Shown here: positions 48,074-64,000 of the stretch, in pieces | Layout of the letters: the number at the start of each line of letters is the position of its first letter | How positions within the stretch are numbered: position 1 is the first letter of the stretch | Assembly: GCF_000143415.4 (NCBI RefSeq) | Contig: NW_003314337.1 | Span: 140,559 to 204,558, forward strand | Origin: Selaginella moellendorffii | Lineage: Eukaryota; Plantae; Lycopodiophyta | Reading direction: 5' to 3' | DNA length: 64,000 nucleotides | The notes under the pieces: generated by a model | What the model was told of the DNA's origin: nothing | Databases searched by the model: none | The model's input: only the letters and a program-made list of their open reading frames with translations | Program-made: the position numbers and the translations under genes

Positions 48074-49860
48074 ATGGAGAAGCAGCTGCGGCTGCTGGCT
48101 GCCGCCGCGCTGTGTGGCGCGGCATTCTTCCTCCTCCTCGTGGATGCGTCGGTCCACGACTACTCCCACGGCCGGTTTGAAGCGCAGGGTAATGCATTTG
48201 TCTACTTCGGCGGCAGCGAGGGGCTCTACGCATCGGCGCCGCGATCTGCCAAATCCGGGCTCGCCAATGGCCGATCGTACATCAGGTAGAGAAGTGGAAT
48301 TCTCTCCGTGGAAATTCTGAGTGAGCGTGCTTGCTTGCACAGGTTTGATCAATCGCTTGTGTTCCGGCGCAAGGCAGCCGGCGGGAGTGGGCACTTCATC
48401 CAGGCTCTCGCGTTCGATGTGGCGGACAGGGACGATCTGGGCGGATCGGCCTTCGTCGGTCGCCTGGATCTGTGCTGCAGCGCGGACCTTGCCAGGGAAG
48501 TTGGCTGCAAGGAAGGTGAGATCATCTACCGGAACTCCACCGACAACCCGAGCTCTCCGCGCGTTGTCCGGGTGGAATTCGACGAGTCCAGCACCCAGGC
48601 TCGGATGCCGGTCGAGGAGATTGTCATCACCAAGACGGGCATGTATCTGCTCTACTTCGTGCACTGTGATCCCGCGCTCGAGGCCGCCGAGGTGACCGGC
48701 AAGACGGTGTGGAAGAATCCGTCGGGTTACTTGCCCGGGAGGATGACGCCGCTGGTTCCATTCTACGCCTTGATGTCGGTGGCGTACCTGGCGCTGGGAT
48801 TGGTGTGGCTCGTCCAGTACACGCGGTTCTGGCGAGACATTCTCCAGCTCCAAAACTGCATCACGCTCGTCATCGGCCTGGGCATGGCCGAGATGGCAAC
48901 CTGGTACTTCGACTACGTCAACTTTAACGCCACCGGGAAGCGGCCGGTGGGCATAACGCTGTGGGCAGTCACCATTGGCGCTGTCAAGAAGACGCTGTCC
49001 CGCATCCTGGTGCTCATCGTCTCCATGGGCTATGGTGTGGTGCAGCCTACGCTGGGGGGTCTCACATCCAAGGTGCTGTTCCTGGGTGGAACTTTCTTCG
49101 TGGCGTCAGAGTGCTTGGATGTGGTGGAGCACGTTGGACGGATCGACGAGATCTCCTACCGGGTGAAGCTGCTGCTCGTCTTGCCGGTGGCTGTCCTGGA
49201 TGCCTTCTTCATCCTGTGGATCTTCACATCGCTGTCAAGGACGCTGGAGAAGCTGCAGGTTAAAACCAACGTTTGATTCTTTCTTTCCATCTCACATGTG
49301 TTTAATGATACGCTCCAGGTGAAGAAACAATCGGCGAAGCTGGACCTGTACCGAAAGTTTACAAACTCTCTGGCCATTGCGGTGCTTGTGGCTGTAGCTT
49401 GGATAGGATTCGAGGTGAGTGTCTCTTTGTAATCACGGGAGTGATGACCGCTTCTTTGCGTGCGCAGCTGTATTTCAAGGCCTCGGATTCGGATGGGAAG
49501 CACTGGTCGAGCGCGTGGATAATCTCAGCTTTCTGGAACGTGCTCACGTTTTGCATCCTGTGCGTCATCTGTGCGCTTTGGGCTCCTTCACATAACTCTA
49601 CGAGGTGAGTGAGCTATCTATCTATCTATCTATGCCAAGCAGCGCTTGACTATGTTTGCTACTGATGCAGGTATGCCTACTCGGAAGAGATTAGCGACGA
49701 GGGCGATGAAGAGTCCATTCCTCTCACAGCGTCGAAGATGACAATCCCGCCGGAGGCTGTGGGTGCTAACATCAAACCCGAAAGAAAGGAGAAGAAGATA
49801 GTGAGTAGCGACGTGTTTCGGCTGGACGAAGACAGTGAGCAGCAAGATAAGCGAGAATGA
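48074..49860 (+). CDS. TMEM87 / lung seven-transmembrane receptor family (GOST) protein
   Basis: Signal peptide, TGMYLLYFVHCDP, WKNP.GYLPG, VSMGYGVV.PTLGG, LWAPS.NSTRYAYS. Confidence 0.93.
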
Positions 49861-50212
49861 AGAATGTTCATACTGAAGAAACTTTTTTGTAACGAACGCG
49901 TTTAATTTGTTATGTTAAAACCTTGGCTTAGAGACGAAAAGGAAAGCCGAATGAAACGCACCACCTAGCAGAGGATGCTACGAGACACACGCACTCTGAC
50001 ATAAGCATCTTTCCTGCGGCCACAAAATATTGACAAAAACGAAGAAAGGCTGACAGCAGTGAGTGACTACTCTCCCAGCTCGCCGGAGCACGGATCTTCC
50101 CCGTTGGGCCCCCAACGGCGTTGATCGCCCCCAAGTGGTAGGCGTCGGGCCTTTTTATTTAACTCGCTCTCTCCTTTCTCTCTCGCTTGTAGGGAAGCTC
50201 TTTCTTGTGGCG

Positions 50213-52351
50213 ATGGCTGCCGCTCCATGCGGTCTGCTACTCGTCTTGCTTCTCTTGGCCAGTAAGTGGAATCTCCGCTTGCATGCAAATCGCCCCTCTA
50301 ATGTTTTGCCCCTGCTTTGCGTCGTGCTGACAGAAATCGCCACATCCGAGGACTCTCTAGATGCCATCAAAACTCTCAGGGACGAAGCCGTTGCCAGGCT
50401 CAACCAGCTCGGCAAGGTTGCGCCCTTGTCTATCATCTTTTTCGGTGTCTCGTTTGGATCCTAATGGCGCTCTACAATTCCAGACAAGTGATTCCAAGGA
50501 GTTTTTGGAGCGAACCTTTCTGAGCCCCGCCGCGATACGAGCAGGAAAGCTTGTGCAAGAATGGATGCAAGATGCGGGCCTCTCCACGTAATCGACTTTT
50601 CCGGACATGTTTTGCAATTGTCCCTTTGTTTTTTGCCTTGTTTGTGTGTAGATGGATGGACGACATCGGCAACATTCACGGTCGGGCCGACGGTGCTAAT
50701 GCGTCGGCGCCAGCGCTTTTGATGGGGTCTCATTTGGTACAGATACTTGGGGATTCCACTAGATTCCTAAGGGATTCTGATGAGATTCTCGTGCAGGATA
50801 CCGTCATCGACGCCGGCAAGTATGATGGAGCCTTGGGGATAGTCTCGGCCATCGCCGCCGTCAAGATGCTCAATAGCAATGGCAAGCTCCGGAGCTACGT
50901 GCGTCCGATTGAGGTACCATGCAATTTGTCACTTCTAAATCATTCCTCCTGGCTTTTTGCTTGCAGATAATCGCGTTTTGTGACGAGGAGGGCGTTCGTT
51001 TCCAGTCCACATTCCTGGGAAGCGCTGCCGTTGCTGGGGTGCTCCGGCCCGACATCTTGTCCGTTCGAGATCGAAGGTGCTCTGCTCTCCCTTCCTCTTT
51101 TGCTACGTATACGATGTTGTTTGTGGTTTTTGAGGTTGAGCGTCATTCGTTCATTGCTTGCAGTGGTGCCACTTTGGAGACGTCTCTCAAAGCCCGCTCC
51201 TTCAAGGGGACCAGAGACAGCCTTGTGCAGCTCAGATATTCTCCGGAATCGGTGTGGGGCTACGTGGAGGTAAACTAAGCGAGACAAAGTGACAGAGAGT
51301 GGCTTGAGTAACTTTCGTCGCTGCTGCTTTAGGTGCACATCGAGCAAGGTCCAGTGTTGGAGGCCCGTGGGATCCCACTCGGACTTGTGGAGGCAATTGC
51401 GGGCCAGACCCGGCTCAAAGTACGTAGACAGCGCTTTCAGTGTATTTAGTCCATCCACTTTGATCACATGTATCAGGTGCGGCTGCATGGAGCACAAGGC
51501 CACGCCGGCACGGTGCCAATGGCAATGAGGAAGGATCCCATGCCGGGAGCAGCGCAAGCCATAGTTTCGGTGGAGAAGTTGTGCAGGGAAAGCCCCACGC
51601 TGGCTCGAGTTCCCGGTGGAGGCGGGCTTGTGTGCACGGTGGGCGAGATATTTTCATGGCCCGGTGCCAGCAACGTCATACCTGGGGAGGTAATGAACAA
51701 GAGAAACACCGCCAGAAAAGAAAGAAAAAGCTTGATTTAATGGATTTGCTGGACCCGCCAAGCAGGTTGCGTTCACGATCGATCTCCGAGCGACGGACGA
51801 TTCCCTTCGGGAGGAAATTGTGGGGGAAGTTGAAGAATCTATTCGCAGCATCTGCAGGGGGCGGGGACTGTCCTGCACCATCGACAAAATGGTAAAGTTC
51901 TTGCGTCGTCTAACAGTCCCATGTCGGTCCTCGGCTAATATTCTTTAGTGGTGGTACGTAGCATGAGGCCAAGGCTGTTGGCTGTGACAAGGATTTGATG
52001 GCTAGCTTAAAAGCAGCTGCTGAATCCACAGTTTTGGAGGTTCCTGGAGGAGGTGGTGTGGATGCACCGGCCGCGGACGACTTAGTGCCCAGCCTGATGA
52101 GCGGAGCTGGCCACGACGCAATGGCAATGTCCCATCTAACCAAGGTAGCTGAACGCTTTAGAAATTGTCATGGTGGCTTACAGAATTCGCTTCATTTGTG
52201 GCAGATTGGGATGCTGTTTGTGAGGTGCAAAGGCGGGATCAGCCATTCACCGGCGGAGAGTGTGAGTGACGATGACGTTTTGGCGTCCAGTTTGTCGCTG
52301 CTTCACTTCCTCAACAATCATCTCGAGCACGAGCAGCCAGCGCCAATCTAG
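50213..52351 (+). CDS. AAH: Allantoate amidohydrolase (allantoate deiminase), M20 family
   Basis: LERTFLSPA, GSHLDTVIDAGKYDGALG, DEEGVRFQSTFLGS, EVHIEQGPVLE, MSGAGHDAMAM, GGISHSPAE. Confidence 0.95.
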
Positions 52352-52719
52352 GTCTAGTCCCAGTGATTTGTAAATAGCATTTGCGGGCGGTGCACATGCA
52401 TGTTTGGATCTTTGTTTAGCGCTGATTCTTTCGCTTCCACACGTAAAAAACTGACGTTGACCGGTATTTGACTAGAGTCAAAGCTTTGCTCGCAATCAAA
52501 GAGGCCATGTGTGTTGTTGGAGGGGTGTGGCAGTAGAGTAGCGGGAAATGAGGGATTTCCCATCCAGCTGTGGTGTTACGGTGTCGTACCCTTCCGTGTT
52601 CCGTGCATGGGGTGTACGACAGGGAGGAACAAAGTAGCAGTTAACAAGATAGATAAAGAGGGCAGAAGGCACTGGTATATTTATACCTGTTTGTTGTTTT
52701 GGCTAGCCTCCTAGGCACA

Positions 52720-52745
52720 GTGTGTGTGTGTGTGTGTGTTTGTGT
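52720..52745. repeat. (GT)n microsatellite upstream of the kinase ATG
   Basis: gtgtgtgtgtgtgtgtgtgt run. Confidence 0.9.
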
Positions 52746-52840
52746 CACGGCTAAAGAAAGGCTGTAGGAGCCTCGGAGCTGCCAGGTCTTAAGCAAGAAG
52801 CAAGAAGAAGCCGCATTGGTTGGGGCGATTAGCCATCCAG

Positions 52841-54264
52841 ATGGGTGAATTGAGCCGCTACAGATTCTCTCGCTCCGTTTGCCACCGCATGGATCTGCTG
52901 AGCTTGTCCAGGGACGAGGAGGAAGGCCACGGGGAGGAGAGCCCCAGGAGCAAGTCAAAGACGAGCTCCGTGGCAGCAGCTCCAGCCCCTCCAGCTCCAG
53001 CGCCTCCAGCTCCAGCGCCAGGGACTCCACCTCCGGCGCGCACCCAATCAGATCGTCGGCACAGTCTCCCAAAAGCGAGCTATGCCAAGTCCCTCTCGGG
53101 TCCACTGCCTGTGCTGGGCAGCGACGACGGTAAGTGTCCATCGCCGTCGGCTGCATTGCCATGCGGCGAGCATCAGCCCAAGCGAGAGCTCCGGCGCCTC
53201 GTGTCGTGGTCCCGCTACCTGGAGCCCCGGGGCGACGAGCAGGCCGTGGAGGCCGCCGAGGAGTGGATGATTGATCTGTCCAAGCTGCTGCTGGGTCCGA
53301 GGTTTGCATCCGGCGCGCACAGCCGCCTCTACCATGGCATCTACCAAGGCAAGGCCGTGGCTGTTAAAGTCACCCGGCACCCACAAGGCTGCGACTCCGC
53401 CACCATTGGTACCACGACCCTGGACAAGCTCTTCGCGCGGGAGGTTTCCCTACTCTCGAGGCTCCGCCATCCAAACGTTGTCCAGGTGAGAGGCCTTGGA
53501 GTTTGTATGATGCCTCTCTCTCCATTCTCCATTCTTACGCTAGAACGCAGCTCGTAGGCGCATGGAAGAGGCCGCCCGTGTGTTGCGTCGTGACCGAGTA
53601 CCTGGCCGGAGGCTCGCTCAAGGACTTCCTCCGCTCCAACGGAGGCGCGGCGCTGCCGCTCCGGATGGTGGTGGACATGGCCCTGGACATCGCGCGGGGG
53701 ATTCGATACTTGCACTCGCAACGGGTGGTCCACCGGGATCTCAAATCCGCGAATCTGATACTCGACGACGAATTCAACGTCAAGATAACGGACTTTGGCG
53801 TCGCGGCGCTCGAGTCCGAGTGTGGCGACAGCGTCACCTCCGATGTTGGCACCTTCCGATGGATGGCACCCGAGCTCGTCAACGGAAAGGCCCACTCCCG
53901 CAAGGTGGATGCCTACAGCTTCGCCATTGTGCTGTGGGAGCTGCTCACACGCCAGACTCCTTTCCAAGACATGACTCCAGTTCAAGCTGCCTTTGCAGTT
54001 GTCAACAAGGTACACCATCCACCTTGCTGGTGTCTTGCTTTCCTTGTCGAGAGCCATATCTCATTTACTTTCTTGCAGAACGCAAGACCGGAGGTGCCGC
54101 GTGATTGTCCATCTCTTTTAAGTCAGCTCATGCAAAGGTGCTGGTCTCTGGATCCGCACGCGCGCCCTGACTTTGAGCAGCTCGTTGAAACTCTTGAGCA
54201 ATTTCAGCTGTCAATGGAACGCAACTGGAGCAGCCGGAGCGATGATCCCCTTGAAAAATGGTAA
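52841..54264 (+). CDS. Raf-like group C MAPKKK (HT1/RAF36-like) Ser/Thr kinase
   Basis: EEWMIDLSKL..G.RFASGAHSRLYHG, HRDLKSAN, DFG, GTFRWMAPE, MTPVQAAFAVVNKNARP. Confidence 0.92.
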
Positions 54265-54593
54265 CAAAAAAGTCGAATGAGAAAACGGAATACGAAAACT
54301 TATCTCTGACCAAGCCAAACGTTTGACATTCTCCTGGAGCGTCTCGCTGCGGGTCATCAATCTTTCTCATGTTCTATTATTCCGATCGCGATCACACACA
54401 CCTAGCACAACTTGAACAAAAAAAGTGATCACTTGAGCAATGACTGCTTGATCTGCTTTCGGTTCAGCTCCCGCGACATCTTACACATTGTCATAGATGG
54501 TAACCTAACACAACGCAGTAAAGAAAAACTGAAACCCGGATACAAAATTCTGACGATGAAACATCCGCAAGGAAAAGCCGATGATGGCCATTA

Positions 54594-55674
54594 TTACGTT
54601 CTCGGAGCTGCACAAAGTACGTGAGATGAGAATAGAATAGAAAAGGCTTTCTCGTTACCTCCTCCAATGGTGGCCTCGGGCAATCTCTCTATTGAGTACT
54701 TATGCTGAGTGATGAACATTATAGGCACGCCAGGAATCTACAGCGTTTACGTTTAGTAAAGCATTTTCGATTGCAGTGCCTCACCTTCCGAATACGCCGC
54801 TTGAGATCACGATCGCATGTCGCTACAATGTAGCATTTGTGCTGTCATTCACCGCCAAAAAAGCAACCGTCGGGCCTTGGACACAAAAAAAAAAAAGATA
54901 AAAAGGAGTCCGCATACCTGAGTCACACGCTCAACCAAACAGTCGTCGGCATAAGTTCCTGGATGCGTACAAGGTATCCTTTTGAACTTTGGATCCTTGG
55001 CAATCCTACAAATCAAGTCTCAGCTGGAAAATACTACAAAGTTAAGTTCCACTTACTTGAGCGCCACGCGGTATTTAGTGCCAAGCTTCTCAAGTTCTGC
55101 CATGACACAGTCGGTAATGCACGGAGTACCTTGGAGTGAAAACCATGAGTTTGGAGAACAGGCTAAAGTATGCATGATCCAGTCTCACATTTTGCGTATA
55201 GGCAGTCCATCATCGCCTTTTCAAGGTCCAGCTGCGAAGCAACAAACACAGGAACAAATGTGAAGTGAGCAAAGCAAGAATGCGGGACTACCTTGTTCTG
55301 GATAGAGAAGTTTATAAAATTTGTGTCGACAAGCACATGGTAAGGTGGTCCAAGCGCTGTATTGTATTTAAAAAACAGAGCGGACGACACATTTGGACTG
55401 CAGCGATAGCAAAGAGGAAAAAAACGGGTAGAAATCCTCGAGCCGTGAAAGAAGTGAGAGCTTACACATTTTTGACGAGTTTCTCCTTCTCCTTGTCCTT
55501 GTCCTTCTTGAATGGATTGAGCACTTCTTCCTTGTACCTGTGAGAAAGAAATGTGTAAGCTCAATCCTCTCAGGCGAGCTGCGAGTTCCAGGATCTCACT
55601 TACTTGCGAATCGCTTTCGGCTTGACCATAGATTTCATCTGTGCGAATTTGGGCGGCTTCGGCGCCTTCCCCAT
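54594..55674 (-). CDS. FCF1: rRNA-processing PIN-domain protein FCF1/UTP24
   Basis: [75 protein letters not shown]. Confidence 0.95.
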
Positions 55675-55994
55675 GGCTGCCACTGGCAGACCCCTAAAAG
55701 CCCTAGACCACGGGTTCGACTCCTGTCCAGCTCTAGCCCTGCAGAAAAGAAATATCTCAAACTGCCCTTCACAGGCCGTCGCGGCCGTCACGAGCAGAGG
55801 AAAGCAGAGGAGGCCGCTAGGGCTGGGGGTGAGCTGGGGTGGGCGGAGCTGGAGCGTCCATGGCAGTGGGCGCGGCGGCGTTGGAGGCGCTCATCCCTGG
55901 GGCAGCAAGCACAGCGGGTGAAATCAGGGTTTGATGGGGCGCAGGGTTGAATCGATTGGGGGCGCGTAGGAGAGGCTGCCTAGACAAGCCAGAC

Positions 55995-61068
<5,074 letters not shown>

Positions 61069-61373
61069 AGAACAAAAGGAAACAAGTCGCCAACTTTTTT
61101 ACACATGCGAGGTAATGTTTCTTCCTCTGATCGTGGAGTTCGTCGATTTGTCATTGTTTTACTCTCCCATTCATTCGCTGGAAGAAAGAGATTCTTGGGA
61201 GCTGTGATCTCCTCCTTGTATACTAGCTGACGGGAAATATATAAAAGAGTGTCGCAAGGCACACACAGGGTGGCGGACAAAGAAATGTGGGTTTGTGCCT
61301 CCTTTATAGTTAGCCGGAGATATAAACAAAACACTACTATAAAGCTGCAGTGTTTGTTTGTAGGGCTCGAGTG

Positions 61374-62596
61374 ATGGCTGGAGCGGTGATGGAGCTGAGC
61401 AGCGGCCACAAGATGCCGGCATTGGGGTTGGGCGTGTGGCGAGCGGAGCCGGAGGTGCTCAAGGAGATCATCCCGCGGGCGCTGGAGCTGGGGTATCGCC
61501 ATTTCGATTGCGCTGGTCAGTCATTTCTCTTTGTGGAAGAAAGCTAGGCCTGTTTCTCAAATGTCTCGCCCTGGCAGCCGACTACAAGAACGAGGCCGAG
61601 GTTGGCGAAGCTCTGGCGCTCGCGTTCAAGCAGGGGCTTGTCAAGCGGGAGGATGTTTTCATCACAACCAAGGTGGGAAGGAAGAGCTCGAGCGCTGTAT
61701 TTCTTAACTCTCTTTGTTTGCCGCAGCTGTGGAACTCCGATCACGGGCATGTGAAAGAAGCGTGTCTGGATAGCTTGAAGAAGCTGCAGCTGGACTATTT
61801 GGATCTTTACCTCATACATTTCCCGGTGGCGACAAAGCACACAGGCAAGATGGATGCTTTGCGTGAATTTCCGTATGCTAATCGTGTATGTATGTAGGTG
61901 TTGGGACGACGGGCAGTGCAGTAGGCGAGGATGGTATGCTGGAAATCGACGTGACCATTTCTTTGCAATCGACCTGGCACGCCATGGAGGAGCTTGTGGA
62001 AGCTGGTATCGTTCGCAGCATTGGGATAAGGTGTGTGATCCTTGCGCCATGAGTAACTCACGCTGGATCATTTTCCAGCAACTATGACATATTTTTGACG
62101 GCGGACTGTCTGGCCTACTCCAAGATCAAGCCGGCAGTGAACCAGATTGAGACCCATCCTTACTTCCAGAGGCACGATCTTGTCAAATTTTGCCAGAAGC
62201 ACGGCATTGTTGTCACTGCCCACACTCCTCTTGGTGGCGGCGCTGCAAACGAGGAGTGGTTTGGATACAAAAGTCCTCTGGAAGATCCGCTCTTCCTGGT
62301 ATGTGAAAGAAAAACAAACCTTTGTTCCATTCTTTCTTCCAAGTTACAAACTTTGTGTGTTTCAGGAACTGGCAAAGAAGTATGAAAAGACTCCGGCCCA
62401 AGTTATGCTGCGATGGGGTCTTCAAAGGAACACAAACGTGATACCGAAGTCGAGCAAGGCCAAGCGTTTGGAAGAGAACATCGACATCTTTGATTTCCAG
62501 CTCTCTCACGAAGAAATAAAGAAGATCAGTCAGGTGGACAAGAAGCTCCGAAGCAACCAGCCTGCAAGGTTCTGGGGGATCGATCTCTATGCTTGA
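61374..62596 (+). CDS. Aldo-keto reductase, NADP-dependent sorbitol-6-P dehydrogenase / mannose-6-P reductase type
   Basis: [67 protein letters not shown]. Confidence 0.92.
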
Positions 62597-64000
62597 TCTC
62601 CTTCCTCGGCTTGTTCCAAAATTTTTAGTATACGCCGGACTTGTTTGAGCACATTACTGATGCCTTCTCGTTTCCTGAAAAAAGAAAAATAAAAACTTTG
62701 AGTACGTCTTTGAGCAGTTCATTCTTGCTTACAGTGCACTGATGCCAACAACAGCCGCTGCTCGAGGATAACTTCTGGCAGTTCGATCATCATCTTGCAT
62801 GCTTGGGACATCTGGTACTTCCAGAATTCGTTGCTTGATCGCTTCTACACGTCCCTTTTCCTGCAGAGCCAGCATGTGTTTTTACGGCTGGGACAAGAGA
62901 ATAGAAAAGAGTTACTTGTATCAAGTCCAGCTTGTTGAGCACAACAATGTGAGGTCTGTCCAAGTACTCCGGATTATACATGCGAAGCTCCTGCAATGAA
63001 AAAGTATTGCTCGTCAAGTTGCTAGCAAGCACCACTCGTGTACCTCACAGAGGACTTTGTAGTCCTCCACGGGATTGTCAGCTGAAGCGTCCACCACATG
63101 AAGAATCAACCTTGTCCTTCGTAAGTGGCGTAAAAACATGCGTCCAAGTCCCTGTTTGCACATCACTCGGTGAAACAACCCAAGGAAAGAGATGTTTTGA
63201 GCTTCGCACTTTACCAAGGTGTGCATCTTTAATCAGCCCCGGAAGGTCCGCCATCGTTGCTCCACCGCACAAACCTCCATCAGGTGTCTCGGGATCGCCT
63301 TGAAGTCTTCCAAGGTTTGGCATCAAAGTTGTAAATGGATATGCTGCAATGTCTGGCCTAGCTTGCGACACTGCAGCTAGTAGTGAAGACTTCCCTGCGT
63401 TTGGCAGTCCCTTGGAAAGGAAATTCCGACTTAAGAACAGTGCTCGTAAACCATGAAATTTATTACCACTAGTCCAATATCAGCAACGACTCGTAGTGTC
63501 AGCTCCAGAACAAGCTCTTCACCTGGGACACCTTTTATCAGCGTCTGCACGATAGTTAGCTCAAGCTGGAGATTGCATAGAATGACAGACCTTGTCCCTT
63601 GGATCAGTCACGATTGGTGCTATTAACTTTTGTGGTACTTTCCTGCTGACCGGGTTGTTCAACATGCTCATCTAAAGGTGCACATAAACATAAGAAAGAT
63701 GAGAAAATGGAAAAACTCACTCCTCCACGGCCTCCACGAGCTACAAGAATTTTGTCTCCTGGTTTGGTTAAGTCGGCCAAGAGCTTGGAGCCTGTTTTCT
63801 GCTTCACAACAGTCCCTGAAAAATAAAAAAAGAAAAAAAATGAACACTAGAAAACCATAGATAGCTTTCCTTACCAACAGGCACGTAGAGCTTAAGAGTT
63901 GGAGCAGCACCAGCATCGCGGAGTCTGGGAGTCAAGATTTTCACTGCACCCACATCGGAGCCCCGCCTCGCATTGTATCTCTTCTTCTTATGAAACTCGA
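62587..64000 (-). CDS. Obg-family GTPase (OBGC2-like), 5' end beyond window
   Basis: [63 protein letters not shown]; ends EEGDQA* (stop 62587-62589). Confidence 0.92.

Noticed and set aside
47687-48853. 388-aa minus-strand ORF
   Set aside because: Antisense shadow of the TMEM87 and OR coding exons.
50100-52621. Short inverted repeats CCGTTGG-gccc-CCAACGG (about 50101) and TGTCGTAC...GTACGACA (52582-52621)
   Set aside because: Stems of 7-8 bp are expected by chance, with no target-site duplications or further support.
55705-55735. ACGGG-TTCGACT-CCTGT resembles a tRNA T-arm / B-box
   Set aside because: No acceptor stem, D-arm or anticodon arm can be built upstream. It lies in the FCF1 5' region and is treated as chance.
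63947-63960. CCCACATCGG resembling the plant snRNA USE promoter element
   Set aside because: Lies within an Obg coding exon near the window edge, with no recognisable snRNA or TATA context.

Overview
Eukaryotic land-plant nuclear DNA that is extremely gene-dense: about 36 protein-coding genes in 64 kb, with introns mostly about 50-60 nt and intergenic spacers often under 100 bp. This architecture and the gene content (LEC1-type NF-YB, CEP70-like and TTC39-like genes, non-canonical ACS-like enzyme, three-domain saposin) suggest a seedless vascular plant, most likely the lycophyte Selaginella. That assignment is inference. Genes in order: TTC39-like, HSP101, SCAPER-like, NECAP, CYP18-2/PPIL1, CIR_N protein, ACS-like aminotransferase, SPF30, membrane protein, SEND1/GEN, PPR, DHHC PAT, saposin, pfkB kinase, SHOU4-like, IMP2, HD nucleotidase, ARD, TMEM97, RWDD1, FPF1-like, CEP70-like, ICMT, AOC, PMT, LEC1, DTW, Tubby F-box, ORANGE, TMEM87, AAH, Raf-like kinase, FCF1, ELF6/REF6 JmjC, AKR2/S6PDH and an Obg GTPase. 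I found no transposon, tRNA, rRNA or CRISPR. The most interesting signals are regulatory and architectural: (1) candidate PTC-introducing cassette (poison) exons in the unusually long introns of the SPF30 and DTW genes; (2) tandem genes only 41-80 bp apart, which are candidate bicistronic units, notably two spliceosomal genes; (3) convergent genes whose stop codons abut (0 bp), nearly abut (9 bp) or overlap (10 bp); (4) 45-65 bp head-to-head spacers, most carrying CCCTA telo-box-like motifs; (5) frequent GC-AG introns. Gene spans run from start to stop codon and include introns; exon boundaries were read by eye.
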